Below, piece after piece: positions 12,428 through 26,142 of a stretch of DNA of 64,000 nucleotides. How positions within the stretch are numbered: position 1 is the stretch's first letter; each line of letters starts with the position of its first letter. The translations under genes were made by a program, and so were the position numbers. Below the pieces are notes generated by a model. The model was not told the DNA's origin and did no database searches. It saw nothing but the letters and a program-made list of their open reading frames with translations. This stretch comes from the human T2T-CHM13v2.0 reference genome, Homo sapiens, in the NCBI RefSeq assembly GCF_009914755.1, contig NC_060945.1; one strand, written 5' to 3'.

Positions 12428-14281
12428 AAAAAATTGGCAGCCTTTGGAAGGTTGAAAGTTCACAGGCTGTGAACTGCCACACTTAGTTTGCTAATTTTTA
12501 GACCCCATGAACCCTCTCTTTGTTAAATCTCTCCCTACCTCCTCTCCCTCTTTGCCTACCTGTCTTGTCTTTGCTCCTTGTAATTCTGTCTCGGTCCTCC
12601 TCAATACCCCCTTCTCTTGGGCTTTCATCATATACCATACATATATTTTCTCTATGCTTTGTGCGTGTTTTTGTTGTTTCTCTATCTCTTCTTCCACATC
12701 TACTTTTCTTCCCTTCTCCATTTTTTTTCTTATCCTTATCATGCCCGTCCTCGTTTCAATAATGTGACGTAAAATATTTTAAAGTATTTTTAATGTATTA
12801 AAGTTGCTGTAATTTTTTTCACAGCAAAGTCGTCAGAAAAATAAAGGTGGTTTTATTCAAACATTTAAAATTTGCTAATGTTAATCAAACATTTAAAATC
12901 TATCTCTTGCTTGCCCTTAAAAAAATGATCGAAGTTGACTTTTTGGAGGTGGTTGATGAATGGCACGTAGCGGAAAGAAATGCACCTCTTCCCTGCTCTA
13001 GAAGAAGACATTCCTTTCCCATTATGGTATTTGCTTAGCCATTGATGTGGCTAGCCATTTGCTAGCATGTGGACACCTAGGGTGATGGGAGAAGAATCTC
13101 TATCCAGTTCTAGTTAAACATAGAGATGTTCTAGTAACCAGATGGTTTTTGCTTGGCAGTTTAACAAGCAAAGTGTTTATTGGCTTTGGAAACCCATTCA
13201 TAGCATTGTGTTTTGGGTATTCATGGTTCTGTCTGTTTTTTTTTTTTCTTCCAGAGTGTGGCCATGGTTTATGTTCCCATCAATTTTATTGTGTGGTAAT
13301 TATATGTTAATTCTTTGCTCAGCCTACTGATAGAATATCCTTACCTAATTATGTATTTCATTGTAGATTTCTATGTAAAATAAGTGTGTGGTATATTTAA
13401 TTAGTCATGAGTTTAATTTAAATGAAATGTTTGGTATGTTGACCACATGATTAGCATTTTGTAGCATCTATAGAAGTTGCCTCACATCTTATATATTTTA
13501 TAATTTGCTGTATCTTTGTAAGGACCAATAAACTCGGACATTGGGTACGACTCTAAGGTCTGTTCTCAACTTTTAAATTTCCTTATGCATTGAGAAACAT
13601 TTATGCAATCTTTTTCATAATGACAGAGCACATTAGAAGAATGGGTGCACCCAGTCATTGACCCAAGGATTCGGAATTCAACTTTGATAGAATTCTCTTA
13701 TGACAGTTGATTCACAGACCAAAATCATTAGAGATATTGTTCAGCCAAACCTGAAACCTAAAACCAATAAATCGATAGTCAGGTGAAGAGCTCTTATTTA
13801 AATGTATCTGGAAACCAATATAGATGGAAAAATAAAAATAGCTTTATCAGAAATATTAATCAGTACGGTACCCTTCCAATTCAGTCAGGTGAGTTAAAAA
13901 TAATATTCACTGAACCAGAGTATCCATTTCTAACAGAAGGAAGCCTTGGGAAAACTGTTAGCATCATAACTTATGTGCAACACCATCTGATGTAATTCAC
14001 CCAGACACCTGAGACTCCATTCATGGACAATGATGCTTAGGTTCTAAGCCACTGATCCTCCTGTCATTTAGAGAACGTGGCGAATTTGGACTTAAAGATT
14101 AGAAAGAAATCTGCTCATGTGCTGTGGATTGTGAATTAGTTGATAAGGCCCACGGATCCACTGCATATTTGGACAATACAGGCTGGTCCATTTTGTGATG
14201 GCACTGGCCACATTCTTTCATTCCAGGTCTGAGAAGAGCACATTTCATCACTTTAGGATGCTTTCACTTACAGAGAACCAG

Positions 14282-14684
14282 TGATATGATTTGGCTCTGT
14301 GTCCCCACGCAAATCTCATATTGAATTGTAACCCCCAATGTTGGAGGTGGGGCCTGGTGAGAGATGATTTGATCACGGGGGCGGATTTCCCCTTCAGTGC
14401 TGCTCTAGTGATACTGAGTAAGTGCTCGAGAGATCCAGTTGTTTAAAAGTGTATGGAACCCCCTCCCCCTACTTCCTCCTGTTCTGGCCATGTGACATGC
14501 CTGCTCCTTTTTTGCCCTTCACCATGATTGTAAGTTTCCTGGGGCCTCCCCAGAAGCTGATTAGATGCCAGCACCATGCTTCCTGTACAGCCTGTGGAAC
14601 TGTGGAGCTAATGAAACCTCTTTTCTTTATCAATTACCCAGTCTCGGGTAATTCTTTATAGCAGTGCAAGAATGGACTAATACA
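14282..14684 (+). mobile_element. MST (MaLR) solo LTR
   Basis: TG...CA termini; perfect TSD ACCAG at 14277-14281 and 14685-14689. Confidence 0.93.
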
Positions 14685-15318
14685 ACCAGTTTGGGGTTTT
14701 TCAAACCAAGTTGTAAATTCTTTTAACATTTTCAGTTTGCAAGACTACAGGTGGAAAAAAAGGACAGAGCAGAGAGCAGGGCAGGAGATGATACAGAAAT
14801 AAGAGCAGGGGAGAGGGGTGTCAGTGCTGAAGGGATTTTTTTCTTTACCCAGTCCTTTCATCACAGTGAAATTAGCATGTGTTCAAGACTTATGTAAAAT
14901 TACACAGAGGTTTGGGGTCAGGAATGAAAGGAAATCAATGTAAATAACTTTTTAACGTTATATTTTCTTGGTATGGGTGGATATTTTGGAATAAAGATTC
15001 ACTTACCATGCTACAGAGGAAGACCTGTATTTAATAGTCTCATGATTAGAGGAGGAGGAAGGTGCACAGTTAAATGTGGGCAACATTAATGGTTAATTTT
15101 TGCAGGCCAAATTTAATAAGGTGTTCATGGAGAAGTGTTCGTAAGCCTCCATTGTAACTTTCCATATGAAATCTATCATCAGGAGAAATTTCCATTTTTC
15201 AAAGGAAAAAAATATGCCTTGTATTTCATATTCATATGGTCTTTAATAATTAGACTTCATCATAGAAAACTGCATTTCTCATTTGAAGAAGGCTTTATTC
15301 TAATAAATTCCACTTTCC

Positions 15319-15620
15319 TTTTTTATTTTTATTTTTTATTTTGAGACCAGGTCTTGCTCTGCTGCCCAGACTAGAGTACACTTGGCTCACTTCAACCTCC
15401 ACCTCCCAGGTTCAAGTGATTCTCCTGCCTCAGCTTCCGAATAGCCATAATAGGGATTGCAGGCATGCACCACCATGCTCAGCTTATTTTTGCATTTTTA
15501 GTAGAGACAGGGTTTCACCATATTAGCCAAGCCGATCTTGAACTCCTGACCTCAAGTGATCTGCCCGCCTCAGCCTCCCAAAGTGCTGGGATTACAGGCA
15601 TGAGCCACTGTGCCCAGCCC
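15319..15620 (-). mobile_element. Older Alu (J/S-like) with small indels
   Basis: Dimer with (TTTTA)n tail. Confidence 0.92.
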
Positions 15621-16178
15621 CCTTTCCTCTTAAAAATGCTTTGTGTATCCTGTTTATTTAGCTTAAGAGCACTATAACGCTATGTTCAAAACCTAAATCA
15701 TTACAAGCTATTTATACTGCAAGCACTCCATTTTTTAATAGTTCTGTCTGAAATTTCTGAACGACACCTGAAAGGTTTAACAATGATTTACCATTCTTTC
15801 CTCTCTTTAGATCATCCAGCCCGTGGAATAGATGCCCAGAAAAAACTTCAGCTGACTTTGACTAAACCTCCTAAAAGTCAGGTTGAAATTATTGTGAGTC
15901 CCAATCCCCAATGCAGTGTTACAAACAAAATCTATTTTTATTCTTCAGCTCCATACTGTGGGTAACAGCTTCAGCAAAGAATTTGACCTCAAGCAAGATG
16001 AACTCCAAATAACGCATAAAGTAACATCAACATGATGCAGTGTGTGTGAAACAGATCTCGGTCCCGTAAGAGCAAAAGAGAAGGACAAATCAGATCATCA
16101 CACGGGATGTCTTTTTTGTGCGATTTTGCATTTTCCCATTCAAAACAAAAAATAAATAATAAATTTGAAGCTACTCAC

Positions 16179-16203
16179 TCATGGATTCTGTCAGCTTGGC
16201 CAT
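16179..16203 (-). CDS. KCNJ6: KCNJ6 (GIRK2/Kir3.2) first coding segment, MAKLTESM + first base of Thr9
   Basis: Minus strand reads gcaacaATGGCCAAGCTGACAGAATCCATGA|gtgagt. The peptide matches the recalled human GIRK2 N-terminus MAKLTESMTNVLEGDSMDQ. Strong Kozak context (A-3, G+4); phase-1 donor. Too short for the ORF track. Confidence 0.96.
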
Positions 16204-16230
16204 TGTTGCAGTTTCTTCTTTGTGCTTTTC
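16179..16230 (-). other. KCNJ6: KCNJ6 start-codon exon (52 nt; exon 2 in the usual numbering)
   Basis: Acceptor tcttttcttcttacctccag|GAAAAG (AG at 16232-16231); donor TGA|gtgagt (GT at 16178-16177); purine-rich GAAGAA ESE-like motif in the UTR part. Confidence 0.93.
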
Positions 16231-16959
16231 CTGGAGGTAAGAAGAAAAGACAATTATCTGTAAAACATGTCTTAGATATGAATTGATCTAATTGCCATTT
16301 ACAGCTATATCTCTCTTCCTTCTTTTTCCTAGGTCAGAATTTGGTTTCCAATAATTAAATGAATAAAAAACCCACATGACAGTTATATTATCAGTCAGTC
16401 ACTGAAAAGAGATTTTTAGGGCATTAAAAAGCTTCCCATTGCTCTTGGAAATGAGCATCTGTCACACTGATCTTGGATATATATAATTGGTGACGCACGA
16501 CCAGTTTTCAAAACCTCTTTGACACTGGATTTTTGACATCCATATGCCAATTTTTTTTTCCTCTCTGTTTCCCCCCATTGAAGCTTTCTTGGTATTTTTG
16601 GAGTTGATATTTTTGTAGTCATTTGGTTTCTTCTTTCCAAAAAACTAAATAGATTTTATACATATTTCTTTGTCTTAGTTTTTTGGGTTCCTGAAGCCTT
16701 TAAAAAGTCATAGGTTTTGATGGGTTTATAACCTTATCTACTTTGGGCTAAAAACATTTTGTTTTAACCGAGATATAGGTTATAACCCACTGAGTTTGAA
16801 AGCCAGAATAATACATACAGAAATTGAATCTGTCCTAATTAAAAAATGACTTTGGAGCTATTAAGAATACTGGTCATCTCTACTGAAAAGTTCTCTTTAA
16901 CTTTTCCACAGTTCTTTGGGTTTAATTTCTTTGTGTTCCTAACATATGTAGTAACTGCA

Positions 16960-17660
16960 ACATTGCCCACTATTATTATACTTTTTTTGTAGCCTTGTTT
17001 TTCTGTGAAACTAAAATATGTTCATTATTTAAAAACTTCAGAAAAAACCTGAAAATTATAAATCTAATGTCACCCCCAGAGGAAATCATGGTTACATTTT
17101 GGTGACTGCTTTCTAGGCCTATTTCTTTACCTGTGCATATTTACAGATATGGGAACATGATCCTATCTTCATAGAGATAAATATGTCATATACACATTTT
17201 GTGTTGAAGCAACTTTTTCACTTAACATCATATCATGTATCTTTCTATGCCAATAAAGGTAGAATATGTCATCATTTTTTAATGACTGCATAGTATTCAT
17301 CATGGATTATATCATCATTTCCTTTACCAGATCCCATTTAATTTACTTAGAATTTTTTACTACTTCATAAAACACTGGGATGAGCATCTTGGAACTTATA
17401 TGGTTGTGCACTTGTCCTGTGCAAGTTATTTTCTGAGGATAAATCCTAAGGTGAGGTATGGCTTGGTCAAAAAGTCTAAATACTAAAAATTCTGACATAT
17501 AGTGCTCAATTGTCCCCCACAAAGGTTGTACCTGACAGTGTATAAAAGTGTTCAGTTCCTTACATTCTTGCCAGCTTGCCAGTGGCACTAGCACTTTTGA
17601 CTCCTAACCTTTGCTAAATCAACAGGCAGACAACATTATCTTGTTATTTTACACTGTTGT
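16960..17660 (-). mobile_element. Ancient L1ME-type 3' fragments
   Basis: tttttaatgactgcatagtattc and ggataaatcctaag...ggtcaaa motifs. Confidence 0.65.
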
Positions 17661-19576
17661 CTTTCTCTGACCTTTTGTTTACGGACAACTGTAGTGTTCT
17701 TTCCCATGTCATCGTTATGAAGTTTACTCATGGTTTCACATTGTTGTGTTCCAGCCCCTCTGCCATCGACATTTTCGTGCTTGGAAGCCCAGGGTGGTAT
17801 TTGCTTTTCCCCACGGCCCTGGTACAATGCTGAGTACAGTCTAGCAGTTTGGCTAACACTTGAAATGATGTCATGGCTTGGGTGTTGTAGTAAGGATAGA
17901 AAGATCATTATTCATCCTCCTTATGACACTGTTCTCAAACTGGAAGGGTATGCTTTGATTGAATGGCAACAAACAACTTCGCACATGGCAAGTATTCTTG
18001 ATTTCCACAGCCCTGTATTCATGACAACGAAATCAGCACGCTGCCTCTTACTTAAACTAATAATTGCCCTTGAGAACAGAAGGAGCTAAGGAGCTGTAAT
18101 CTACCAACCTGCTTGCTGTGGAATTTCACCCGTGATATTTAGCCTACCACTTGGGTTATGTCAACATGCAGAGAAACAGCATGGCGTGGGCCAGTAGAGA
18201 GGCTAAGTGTCACGTCACAGAGCTGAATAAGACAGGCAGAGAGGAGCCTCTTACCACAATGCCGGTTCATGTGAGTGTGCACAGCGGCTGCTCAACAGCT
18301 GACCCCAGCGGGTTGTGACAATTCAGGCCTAAAAGCTGTTCCATGGCAGGGACTCAGTGAAGTTGGTCCCAGAGCTTGTTCTGTCTCTGCGTGTCCTGTC
18401 AGTGACTCTCAGCTTCCCCTCATAGCCCAGCTCTGCTGTGTCAGTCCGTCTAGCTGTACTAGCTCTCCTTGTGTCCTGGTCTGTGACTTGACTTCCCCAT
18501 TTTCTGGGTCTGTGCTCCATCAGGCCTCACTCTGGATCACAGACCTCTTCAGCTTGACCCTCCTCTGATGGCATCAGCAGTGAGAACCCCCCAACGCCAA
18601 ACCATAGGCGTCCAGATTCCAGGCATTACATTTCTAACAAGCCCTGTTTAGTGTGTCTGTTTTCTTGAGTGTGTGTGTCACCACTTTATCTCTTGTGACC
18701 TAAGGACCCTGCCACATTCTGGACCCCATTCTTGCTGGTGGGTGGTCCTTGCAGCTATTTTTGTTCAGATGTGCTGGATATCTTAGTCCTAGAGATGTCA
18801 AATACTGCCTGGACCAGCAATTTCCTCTTCCCTGTAGTTAAATGGAATCCTCTGACATTAAGTGGGGAGAGGCTCCTAAAATCCTAAATATAGCTCTCCC
18901 AGACTGACTCATCTATATCATAACTTATGGTGGAAATCATGACATATGTTTTGGTGTAAGTGGTTTAGTTATTCTATTGGATGTCTCTAAACTCCTTATG
19001 TCCTTCCCTCATTATCAGAAAGTTGATGTTTGCAGTTACACGACATGTATATCCAATAAAGCATTTACATTTCATTCTTGGTCCCAAGCAAATTCTCCTT
19101 ATTTTAAAGCCAAGAGTTTCCTTCACAGCAAATTTCCTGGTTGTTGGATTTACATTACTGGGAAGAGCTTTAGAATTACAGCATATTAAAATTGGAAGTG
19201 ATTCTTTCAGAGATTGTCAAGTCCAATGCCATAGTGATGCAGTTGATGAAACTGAAGCCCAGGGAAGAGTGTGATGTGCCAGGAAAGGATTTAGAGGGAG
19301 CTGATCTCTTTCCCTTATCCACAACCTCTGCTCTCCCAGAAATCTTAAGGCCCATCAAACCTAAGCCCATTTAGCCAAGATCCCTTATACAGCAGTCCCA
19401 GTGCAGTGTTGAAGTTTCCTAGATTTGCCATTTCTATGTTCTTTCTTCGAGTATTCTCATTCACAACAATGTCCCTAATTTCCATGAATGGCTGGCAATG
19501 CCCAGATTTGCATATCCTGCCTGACCTCTCCATGGAACCCCTGCTGTCCACTTCTTCTTCCTTCCTCACCCCCTGA

Positions 19577-19879
<303 letters not shown>

Positions 19880-20949
19880 TATTTTGCATATTTTAAAGTT
19901 GGTCTTCCCTCGCTGCACTCTACTTAGGAGACTATTAACATTGCCTCCACCTGCTTGGAGCCTCAGCTACAACCCTGAAGGTTTATCATGAAATAGCTCT
20001 GGGGGATCTATCTAAAACCTGACATGGCCTCTCCCTGCTTGAAATCCATCAGTTCTTTAGCAAGTGAGAATGCAGTCCTTGCTTTGAGCCAGGGCCCCTG
20101 GACCGATGGTTCTTTCTTCTCCACTCATACCTTAGGTCCAGCTCCCTGCAATCCGTGACCATTTTCTACCTCCTTGCCTTGGCAAGCACTATTCCCTCTG
20201 CCTAGACACTCCAAGTTCCACTTCATTCTTGTCCTCTCCAAATTCATCCCTAAAAACTCTGCTGGGCACCAACCAGTCTCTGCTGGCTCCCCTGCTCTTT
20301 CTGACCATTTTCCTGAGTTTTATCTTTAGGTTTGTTTGTGCACAAATGCATCCATGTGTCACACTGTATAATTTGTTATGGCATTGAGGGACTCTGGAAG
20401 CTCTGGAAAATTCCAAAGCCCCATCTCAATAGCCTCATCTGGAGGTCATGGCTGGGAGGTAGTGTGTGGTAGACCAGAAGCCCTGACCACTAAACCTCCC
20501 TAGGAACCTGGACAAGTCATTTTACTTTTGGAGCTACTGTTTCCTGGTGTGCTCATTTCAGAAGTGGTCCGCTGCTTGCTGTTTTCTGCCCCATCCCCCA
20601 TCCCTTACTCCCGCGGAAGTCAGCAACATGAAGAGGATACCTGAACATGCTTTGATAGACTGTGATTATTGGTGGTATTTTAAGGTGAAAAAGACAGATA
20701 TATTTGTTTCATGAACTTGTGTTAAAAATGTCTTTCCCTGGGGGAGCCAAGGGTTTTTATATCAGAGGTAATCATCTCATGTTCTTTTAAAATGAAAAGA
20801 AAATCAGAAAAGCAGGAATCATACTTGTTGGGAGAAAAGAACTTACTTTGGCCTGAAATTTTTTTGTTCTTGCTTATTGTGTCTATCCCACTTGGATGTT
20901 CGTAGAGAGAGTGGCGGGGAGAGAGAGAAAGAGAGCACATGTATAAGAG

Positions 20950-21130
20950 TTTGGAAGCCTGGGTCTAGAAAGGTTTTTGTCATGGTTTTACCACTTCTTA
21001 TTCACTCATTAACTAATCTTGGAAGCTCTAATTTTCTCATCTGTGAAGTGGGGATAGGTGGAATTTGCACTGCCTGATTCACAGGACTGTTTGAGGAACA
21101 AATGAGACAATGTATATAAATACAGTCAAG
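20950..21130 (+). mobile_element. MIR
   Basis: ttttctcatctgtgaagtgggga...gaggaacaaatgagacaatg. Confidence 0.6.
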
Positions 21131-21872
21131 TGTAATGTCCATGTGTGGGTTTGTAATCATTATTCCGTTTGGCTACTGTGTGGGGACCCAGAGTTAGAAC
21201 CTGTTCTTGCTATTTGAGGACAAATATTGACCTCTAGCATTTGTGCCAAAAATAACAAAGCAAATTTCCCTGAAATTAGCCAGACCCATGGCTGCCAGCC
21301 CCTCAGGGAACTACTCGTCAACAGCTGGTGACTATGCAACCCACACCTGTATTTCCACACCCCTGCTCCAGAATATAAGGTCTGCAGAACCTAGGCACAC
21401 TGCTTGGAAGAGCTATGCTATTTTGCTCTAGGAGGCACTCCACTTAAAGTCGTATTGTTGTACATTTAATAAAAGGCATTCATAGACACATCAAACGTTT
21501 GGGGTAATCATGATGATATATTTGAGTAAAACATGTTCACAGATGCTGAAAAAAAAACAACGTTAAGTGTCTTGTTTAAATCATAAACTCCTCGGGTAGA
21601 GCATTGACTTTCAGGGGCAATGGGCATTTAATTTTCTGTCTGAACTTTATTCCCTCTTCCACACCTGGGGAAGTAAATAAAGGCTCAGCAACTTGCTTGT
21701 GGGGGTGTGTGTGTAATTTATACTCCCACATCTGTTTCAGCTAAAGAGAGTATGGCTTTCTACTGAGTCCATGCCAGCTACATACTTCTCTTTGAGTGTC
21801 TAAAATGACAGAGGTGTTTTTAATGAGGGCAATTATAACAGTCTGACTTTAGCTCAGAGCTAAGGCTGAGAC

Positions 21873-21875
<3 letters not shown>

Positions 21876-21907
<32 letters not shown>
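21876..21907. repeat. (TG)n microsatellite
   Basis: Read directly. Confidence 0.95.
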
Positions 21908-21911
<4 letters not shown>

Positions 21912-22679
21912 GAGAGAGGAGGATGGGGAAGAGGAGATTGATTCATGAATGCAGAGTATCTAGAAAGGGTAGAAAGGGTTTTTTTCTGCTGCATGGGGCT
22001 CCCTCAGACAGAGGACAGGAGCTGGCAGAACCCAGTGAGGTCTGCATTTTCGGTGGTGCTGCCTTGCTTTCTGCTACCCAGAAGTAGGCTTTTAAGGATG
22101 AGGGGGAAACTCATCATGGTTGATATATTTCAAACCGGTTATATTTGCATCTCAGATATTTTTATCTCTCTAAAATGTGTGCTTGTATTCATCAGAAAAC
22201 TGTGATTTTTTTCCCAAAATACAACCATTTAAAGAAACATTTATGCAAAGTAGGAAATGATAAAGCCATTTTATGAACTTAGTATCCTCAACAGGGCCTC
22301 ACCTCTGGTTAAACCAGGAGCCCTCAAATCTCCCGCCCTGTTCTTCAGGTTCTCAACAAATGCACCAGCCCTGGCCCCTCCTCACCTTCCCCCCTCCTCT
22401 TCCCTGACACGGTGCCATGGCAGGTCACCTGAGGACTGATTTAAATGGAAAATGCCACATCCTCAGATAGCCAAGCAAGTGAGTGTTCTCTTAGTACAGC
22501 ATCATTTATGTTGCCTTGAGTTGCTGCCGAAAAATATAGGCCACAGCATTTAAGAATCACTAATTAGTTTTTTGCCTAACGAAAAACAAATGGAAATGAG
22601 TAGTCGGTATGCAAGTATGGTTTGGGGCAATATAAATATAAAATACATAAAAATATAATATGAAAATATATAAAAATAG

Positions 22680-22900
22680 TAACTCCTAATGTTTACTTCA
22701 CATTTATTATAGCCTGTCACTGCATTAGTACATTAGACTATCTCCTTAATTCTCACAAGGACCCTGTGAAATGGTACTGTCTTCTCTACTTTGAGGATGG
22801 GGAAACTGAGGCACAGAGAGGTTCAGCAGATCATGCCAGATCACACGGCTGGTGAGGAGTAGAGTTGAGCATGAAACCCAACAAGTCTTCTTTCTGCACC
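22680..22900 (-). mobile_element. MIR
   Basis: gatggggaaactgaggcacagagaggtt. Confidence 0.75.
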
Positions 22901-23204
22901 TGCATCCTGCACCACGGTGCCACCTGCATCCCTAGGAACTGGTGAGAAGTCCTAGAAATGAAGGCCGTTCATGCTGAAGGCAGCAGTGAGAATCCAGGTC
23001 TAAGATCCTTCTTCAATCATCCGATGCTGAAAATTTATTGATGTGCACAAGATGGACACTGGATAGAAGAGGACATCCAGGTAAAGCCAGCTTTACACCT
23101 GCCTTCAGAGAGCTTCCAGTTTGGTCCAGAAGGCAAGATGTGTAGAGAAATAGCTGCAATATGTGGTATCAAGGGTAAAACACCAGAAGGGTTCTACAGG
23201 ACAT

Positions 23205-23340
23205 CGATAGAAAGAGGAACAGAGGGAGCAAAGAGAAAGGGAGAGACAGAGAGAGAGAGGGAGAAAGAGAGGAGAGAAGGGAGGGGGAGAAGGAGGGGGA
23301 GAAACAGAATAGAGACAGAGAATGAGACTGGAGAAAATGT
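23205..23340. repeat. GA-rich low-complexity tract
   Basis: Nearly pure purine on the + strand. Confidence 0.8.
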
Positions 23341-24959
23341 AGTTCTAACTCACAGAACCAGGGTGTGCCTCACGGAGGAAGCAGCTTCAAGGTGTGAAGG
23401 AGGGGAAGAAGAGTGATGGGAGAGGGGAGGGCAAGGAAGAATACTCCAGATGGAGAAATGGCATGAGGAAAGGTGGGGAAGCTTGGTGCGTGAGGAGCAG
23501 CAGGTCACAGGGGGACCAAGGCTTGGTGTGAGAAGAAGAGCAGGAGGCTGGCATGGACAATGAGGACATAAGCCCTGGAGGTCCCTGGATGCCAGACAGC
23601 TGCTCAGGAGGGAGGCCAGGGCTGGAGTTGTGGCAAACCAGTGGGAGGAGGAAGGTGCCTGTGTGAAGACCGTGGCAACCCACGCTGGTGAGCCAAGGAA
23701 GATGGTGGGAGATGTGGAGGCAAAACCCAATGAGTGTGCTCTCCTGTGAGCCCGGGGACTAGCAGATTTGAAGAGTAAAGAACTTGCCTATCAGGATGGG
23801 GTACCATTTTTTTAGAGTAAAGTTAGTTTTCACCACTGATATACTCAGTTAAAGTTTCTAAAATAATCTGAAATTTTCACAATTTGGGGTAAAAACATCT
23901 GTGGGGTGTGCTCGAAGGAGGTGACATTTTTGCTAGGCAGGCCATGTAGGATGCTTTAGGTGAGAAAGCCCTCTTTGCAATAAGGCTCAGAGCCTTAGCC
24001 TCACCAGATAGCCTTTCTAAGGTCCCTATGTACAGGTCACCCTGACTGGTTCCTTATGCTGCCACCATTGTGGTCTTGTTGACCAGACCAGGGAGGGTCC
24101 TAATACACTGAGTTATGAGGATATCTCACAAAGATAAATCAGATTCAAAGTTAAGTTTGTACTAACATTGCCTCAATTCCTTTGGGCTTCAGCGTGAGTT
24201 CGTAGATGGCAGGAGAGTATTTGGAGCATTGCTCTGGGTACTTTCTTGAAAGCATGTTGAGCACGTGACCTTCTAAGAGTGATGGGTAGCAGAGATAAGA
24301 GTAAGAAAACAGTTGGACCACATGGCTGCCAGAGTTTCTCCAAACCCAGCTGTGTGTGTGTCCTCCCTGGCTTGAAATACTGTGGGACAAGCTCTTGACT
24401 TTCAGCGTCAATATCCAGACAATGTTTCACGAATTTCCCCAGGGGAGGTGGTTTCTTGGAATATTGGTGAGTGACTCATTTCTCCTTTCCTAGAGCTCCT
24501 GGAAATATTGTAAAATATAGGACAAGCATTATCACCACAGACCTATCAGGAAATTTTCTTTAAAGAAAATACTATGCGAGACTGCAGGGAGGCACTGAGG
24601 ATGTCCAGGTAACTGGAGCATACAGAGCCCATGCCCGTGGTGGACAAGCATCTGCAGTCTTTTCCCTGTCAGGTACCTCTGCTTCCAAGATGCACCTATT
24701 CTAGGTTTGGTCCCTAGCTTCCCAGGACTCAACCACAGTGCTGAATCTTGGAAACAGGCAGGAATTTCCTGTTGGTCTCATGACTCTCAATCTATGGCCT
24801 CTTTTGTGGTTCAGCGTCTCTCTGGGGGCTCTTATACCAGGGTGATCTTCCAGACATCCTAAGCCTTGCGGTGGCCAATGCCTCTCCCACCTGGCTTCAT
24901 CCAACCCACAGGCATTGCCAAACCATCTCTATTTCCAAGAGGAAAGGGAACAGATGCCA

Positions 24960-25475
24960 TATTAGTTCCTTTCTTTCCCCTTTACTTTTCCAGGTTGCCC
25001 ACAATCCAAGTTCTAAGCAAACTGAGTCTTCCAACATCCACTCTGCACTCCCAGCTCCCCGCATTCCATGGCTTGCCTGGACCCTTCCCTTCCAGCCATG
25101 GTCTCCACCTACCTCTCCAGGCCCATTGCTCATCACTTCTACACTATGCTCCTGCCCGACAAGCCCCTTTGGTCTCTGAACACATTGCATTGCTTCATCC
25201 CTCAATTCAGGTTTCACTTCCGTTTGACATTCTCCCTGGCTAACCCATTCTGAGTGCCCATCCCCTCTGCACCTTAGCAACTGTACATACTGTGGATGTA
25301 GGACTTGTCATTCTTGGACCCATGACTTACAAAGTAACAGAGCAAGTCAGAGGAAATAGTCTTGACAACTCCAGGAGCAACTGAAACACTATAAAGGATG
25401 AATTCCTCTGTTTCCAAAAAGGGTAAAACGAAATACCAAATCACAACCAAAGAATGCATAGAATGAATGGAATGT
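24960..25475 (+). mobile_element. L2 3' fragment
   Basis: Degenerate L2 motifs ending gaatgaatggaatg. Confidence 0.5.
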
Positions 25476-25798
25476 CCCTGAACAGCTGTGAGTTTCCTGA
25501 CATGAGATGCTGACCAGTCATTTGTTCAGAATTTTCCAGAAGAATTTCTGCCCCAGAAAGTAGTGCAATACAATGACCTGTAAGAGCTCTTCTAAAATGG
25601 TTTCAGGGATGTAGTGATAGTTCCAGGGAAAGAAATCCCTGATTCCTTTTGTTTTTCTTTGTATGACGTTCTTTCTTTTATTTGATCAGAGGTAGGTTGC
25701 GGGGTGCCAGGGGTCAGGTGGGACTGATGATAGGGGCAGGATGGCAGGCCCCAAGGTAAGGCTGGTTAGTTACTCTGACATATAAGGGATACTTAGAA

Positions 25799-26142
25799 CA
25801 GGGGTCCCCAAACCCCAGGCCGTGGACCAATACTGGTCCGCGGCCTGTTAGGGACTGGGCCACACAGCATGAGGTGAGCAGTAGGTGAGCATTTCCACCT
25901 GAGCTGCACCTCCTGTCAGATCAGCAGTGACATTAGATTCTCACAGGAGTGCGAACCCTATTTGAACTGCCCATGTGAGGGATCTAGGTGGTGCACGCCT
26001 CATGAGAATCTATTGCCTGATGATGTGAGGTGGAACAGTTTCACTCTGAAACCATCCCCACCCCCTCCTCCTGCCCCTGGTCCGTGGAAAAATTGTCTTC
26101 CATGAAACTGGTCCCTCATGCCAAAAAGGTTGGAGGCTGCTG
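25799..26142 (+). mobile_element. MER1B (hAT-Charlie MITE)
   Basis: CAGGGGTCCCCAA...GGTTGGAGGCTGCTG termini; 8-bp TSD ACTTAGAA/ATTTAGAA. Confidence 0.92.

Noticed and set aside
12847-13038. CpG-containing stretch that looked like a pseudogene fragment
   Set aside because: No recognisable protein in either direction, and no poly-A tail or TSD.
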